From: Blastocatellia bacterium
GTDB taxonomy: Bacteria > Acidobacteriota > Blastocatellia > RBC074
Length of the DNA: 53,228 nt
Direction: 5' to 3'
NCBI GenBank assembly: GCA_049318845.1
Contig: JBMOFH010000001.1
Coordinates: forward strand, 1 to 53,228
Shown here: positions 51,537 to 53,228 of the stretch, one piece after another
Numbering within the stretch: position 1 is the stretch's first letter
How the letters are laid out: every line of letters starts with the position of its first letter
Program-made: the position numbers and the translations under genes
Notes under the pieces: model-generated
The model's input: the letters and a program-made list of their open reading frames with translations, nothing else
Told to the model about the DNA's origin: nothing
Database searches by the model: none

Positions 51537-53030
51537 ATGGTCGAGCCAATTCTGATCGCGAAAGACCAGGAAAATATCTATCTGCTGCCACGGATGGCCA
51601 ATCGCCATGGACTGATTGCCGGGGCGACAGGAACCGGAAAGAGCGTCACGTTGCGGGTCATGGCAGAGCATTTCAGCCGAATCGGCGTGCCTGTATTCAT
51701 GGGCGACGTGAAGGGGGATCTCGCCGGGATCTGCCTGCCGGGTGGGGAGAATCCTAAGATAAGCGAGCGTGCGTCGTATTTTGGAATGAAAGATTTCAGT
51801 TACCGCGCCTACCCGGTCCTTTTCTGGGACGTCTTTGGCGAAGCCGGACATCCGCTACGGACGACGATCTCAGAGATCGGACCGCTCCTCCTCAGCCGGG
51901 TGCTGAATCTCAATGACACCCAGGGCGGGGTACTGACCCTCGTCTTCAAGGTGGCGGACGACCAGGGGTGGCTGCTCCTCGACCTCAAGGACCTGCGCGC
52001 CATGCTTCAATATGTCGCGGACAACGCACGATCACTCATGACGGAGTACGGCAACGTCTCGGCCGCGAGTATCGGAGCAATTCAGCGACGGCTGCTCGAA
52101 ATTGAACAGCAGGGTGGGGAGAAGTTTTTCGGCGAACCATCCCTCAACCTTGAAGACATGATGCAGACCGATCCGGATGGACGCGGCTACATCAACATCC
52201 TCGCCGCCGACAAGCTGATGCAGTCACCGAAACTATACGGGACATTCCTTCTCTGGATGCTGTCTGAGCTCTATGAGAACTTGCCGGAAGTAGGAGATCT
52301 CGAGAAGCCGAAGATGGTCTTCTTCTTCGACGAGGCACACCTGCTCTTCGATGACGCGCCGGACGCGCTGATGCAGAAGATCGAACAGGTTGTCCGACTG
52401 ATCCGTTCGAAGGGTGTCGGCATCTATTTTGTCAGCCAGAATCCTCTCGACATCCCGGATGTGGTCCTTGGTCAGCTCGGAAACCGCGTCCAGCACGCGC
52501 TGCGCGCCTTCACACCGCGCGACCAGAAGGCGGTCAAAGCGGCGGCGACGACCTTTCGGCAGAATCCGGAGATCGACGTCGAATCGGCGATCACCGAACT
52601 TGGCGTCGGCGAAGTGCTGGTTTCGATGCTCGATGAGAAGGGTTCGCCCGGAATAGTGCGTCGGGCACTGATCGCCCCGCCGCAAAGTCGGCTCGGCGCC
52701 ATCACGCCGACGGAACGCGCGGCGGTACTCAGCAACTCGCTCATCCACGGCCACTACGAAAAATCGGTCGATCGCGAATCTGCGTACGAAATTCTCAAGG
52801 TAAAGCGGGAGCAGGTGCAACCCGCTCCCGCGTCAACTTCTACTCCGGTCAGGGCTCCGGCCCAGGCTCCCGACAACATTTCGCCAGTGATGGAGGCGGC
52901 TGGAGATGTCCTCGGCGCCTTCGCTAAGAGTGCCGCCCGTTCGGTCGGAACCTCGATCGGCAGGCAGATTATTCGTGGACTCCTCGGTTCAATCTTCGGC
53001 GGTGCAACCAACAGCCGGCGCGGGAGATGA
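51537..53030 (+). CDS. DUF853-family (HerA-like / YjgR-like) P-loop NTPase
   Basis: [21 protein letters not shown], Walker B-like [32 protein letters not shown] Shine-Dalgarno at 51523. Confidence 0.88.
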   Translation: MVEPILIAKDQENIYLLPRMANRHGLIAGATGTGKSVTLRVMAEHFSRIGVPVFMGDVKGDLAGICLPGGENPKISERASYFGMKDFSYRAYPVLFWDVFGEAGHPLRTTISEIGPLLLSRVLNLNDTQGGVLTLVFKVADDQGWLLLDLKDLRAMLQYVADNARSLMTEYGNVSAASIGAIQRRLLEIEQQGGEKFFGEPSLNLEDMMQTDPDGRGYINILAADKLMQSPKLYGTFLLWMLSELYENLPEVGDLEKPKMVFFFDEAHLLFDDAPDALMQKIEQVVRLIRSKGVGIYFVSQNPLDIPDVVLGQLGNRVQHALRAFTPRDQKAVKAAATTFRQNPEIDVESAITELGVGEVLVSMLDEKGSPGIVRRALIAPPQSRLGAITPTERAAVLSNSLIHGHYEKSVDRESAYEILKVKREQVQPAPASTSTPVRAPAQAPDNISPVMEAAGDVLGAFAKSAARSVGTSIGRQIIRGLLGSIFGGATNSRRGR

Positions 53031-53047
53031 GCCTGAGAAGATGAGGA

Positions 53048-53079
53048 TCGGTTTGGCCTCGATAACAAGGCCAAACCGA
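53048..53079 (+). terminator. Hairpin after the DUF853 gene (11-bp perfect stem)
   Basis: TCGGTTTGGCC (53048-53058) / GGCCAAACCGA (53069-53079) with a 10-nt loop, starting 18 nt after the stop codon. No U-tract follows. Confidence 0.45.
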
Positions 53080-53124
53080 CCTGCTCCCACCCCGGGCCTA
53101 CCCTACAAATTACGCGCCTGGTTT

Positions 53125-53164
53125 CCCCCCTGGACTCCCCCCTGGACTCCCCCTAGACTCCCCC
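53125..53164. repeat. Short tandem repeat (CCCCCCTGGACT x2, CCCCCTAGACT x1, then CCCCC)
   Basis: Read directly at 53125-53164 in apparently non-coding sequence near the window end. Confidence 0.8.
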
Positions 53165-53228
53165 AAGTCGCCATGGAGCGCGATACTCTCGTGTGACCAG
53201 CTTCTGTGCCTCGGGATCATTGACGAAT

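Noticed and set aside
51045-51851. 268-aa minus-strand ORF covering the carD 5' end, the intergenic region and the DUF853 gene start
   Set aside because: It overlaps two well-supported genes. Its only striking feature ([16 protein letters not shown]) is the shadow of the 18-bp DNA repeats.

Overview
GC-rich (about 60% G+C) chromosomal window, probably from an Acidobacteriota-type genome. That placement is an inference from three things: a CarboxypepD_reg-type TonB-dependent receptor, a Ser/Thr kinase fused to TolB-like propeller repeats, and the conserved block ykgJ-udg-rpoZ-gmk-yicC-ABC exporter-carD. About 33 kb (8.3-41.6 kb) is one surface-polysaccharide locus. A divergent arm encodes an O-antigen-ligase-family protein, a small membrane protein and a TPR protein. 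A tightly packed plus-strand array of about 30 kb follows: Wza-like exporter, Wzc-like tyrosine autokinase, two AsnB-like amidotransferases, Wzm/Wzt ABC exporter, seven GT2 and four GT4 glycosyltransferases, a second Wzy/WaaL-family protein, an uncharacterised secreted protein, a bi-domain oxidoreductase, a heparinase II/III-like protein and a WecA/MraY-family initiating transferase with an extra C-terminal domain. Many genes in the array overlap by 4 nt (ATGA/GTGA/TTGA). Directly downstream lies an AT-richer island of about 3 kb carrying dcm (with an N-terminal RHH-like domain), an EcoRII-family restriction endonuclease and vsr, with no mobility genes. I found no rRNA, tRNA, CRISPR array, transposase or integrase, and I do not see a clear-cut new multi-gene defence system. 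The best candidates for undescribed biology are: (i) a structured 877-bp intergenic region with two paralogous hairpin-plus-box units flanking a 16-bp x4 iteron-like array; (ii) the mixed Wzy-type/ABC-type architecture of the polysaccharide locus and its unknown secreted enzyme; (iii) phased direct-repeat arrays in two other divergent promoter regions; (iv) long homopolymer tracts inside glycosyltransferase genes. All functional calls rest on motifs recognised by eye. No database search was run.
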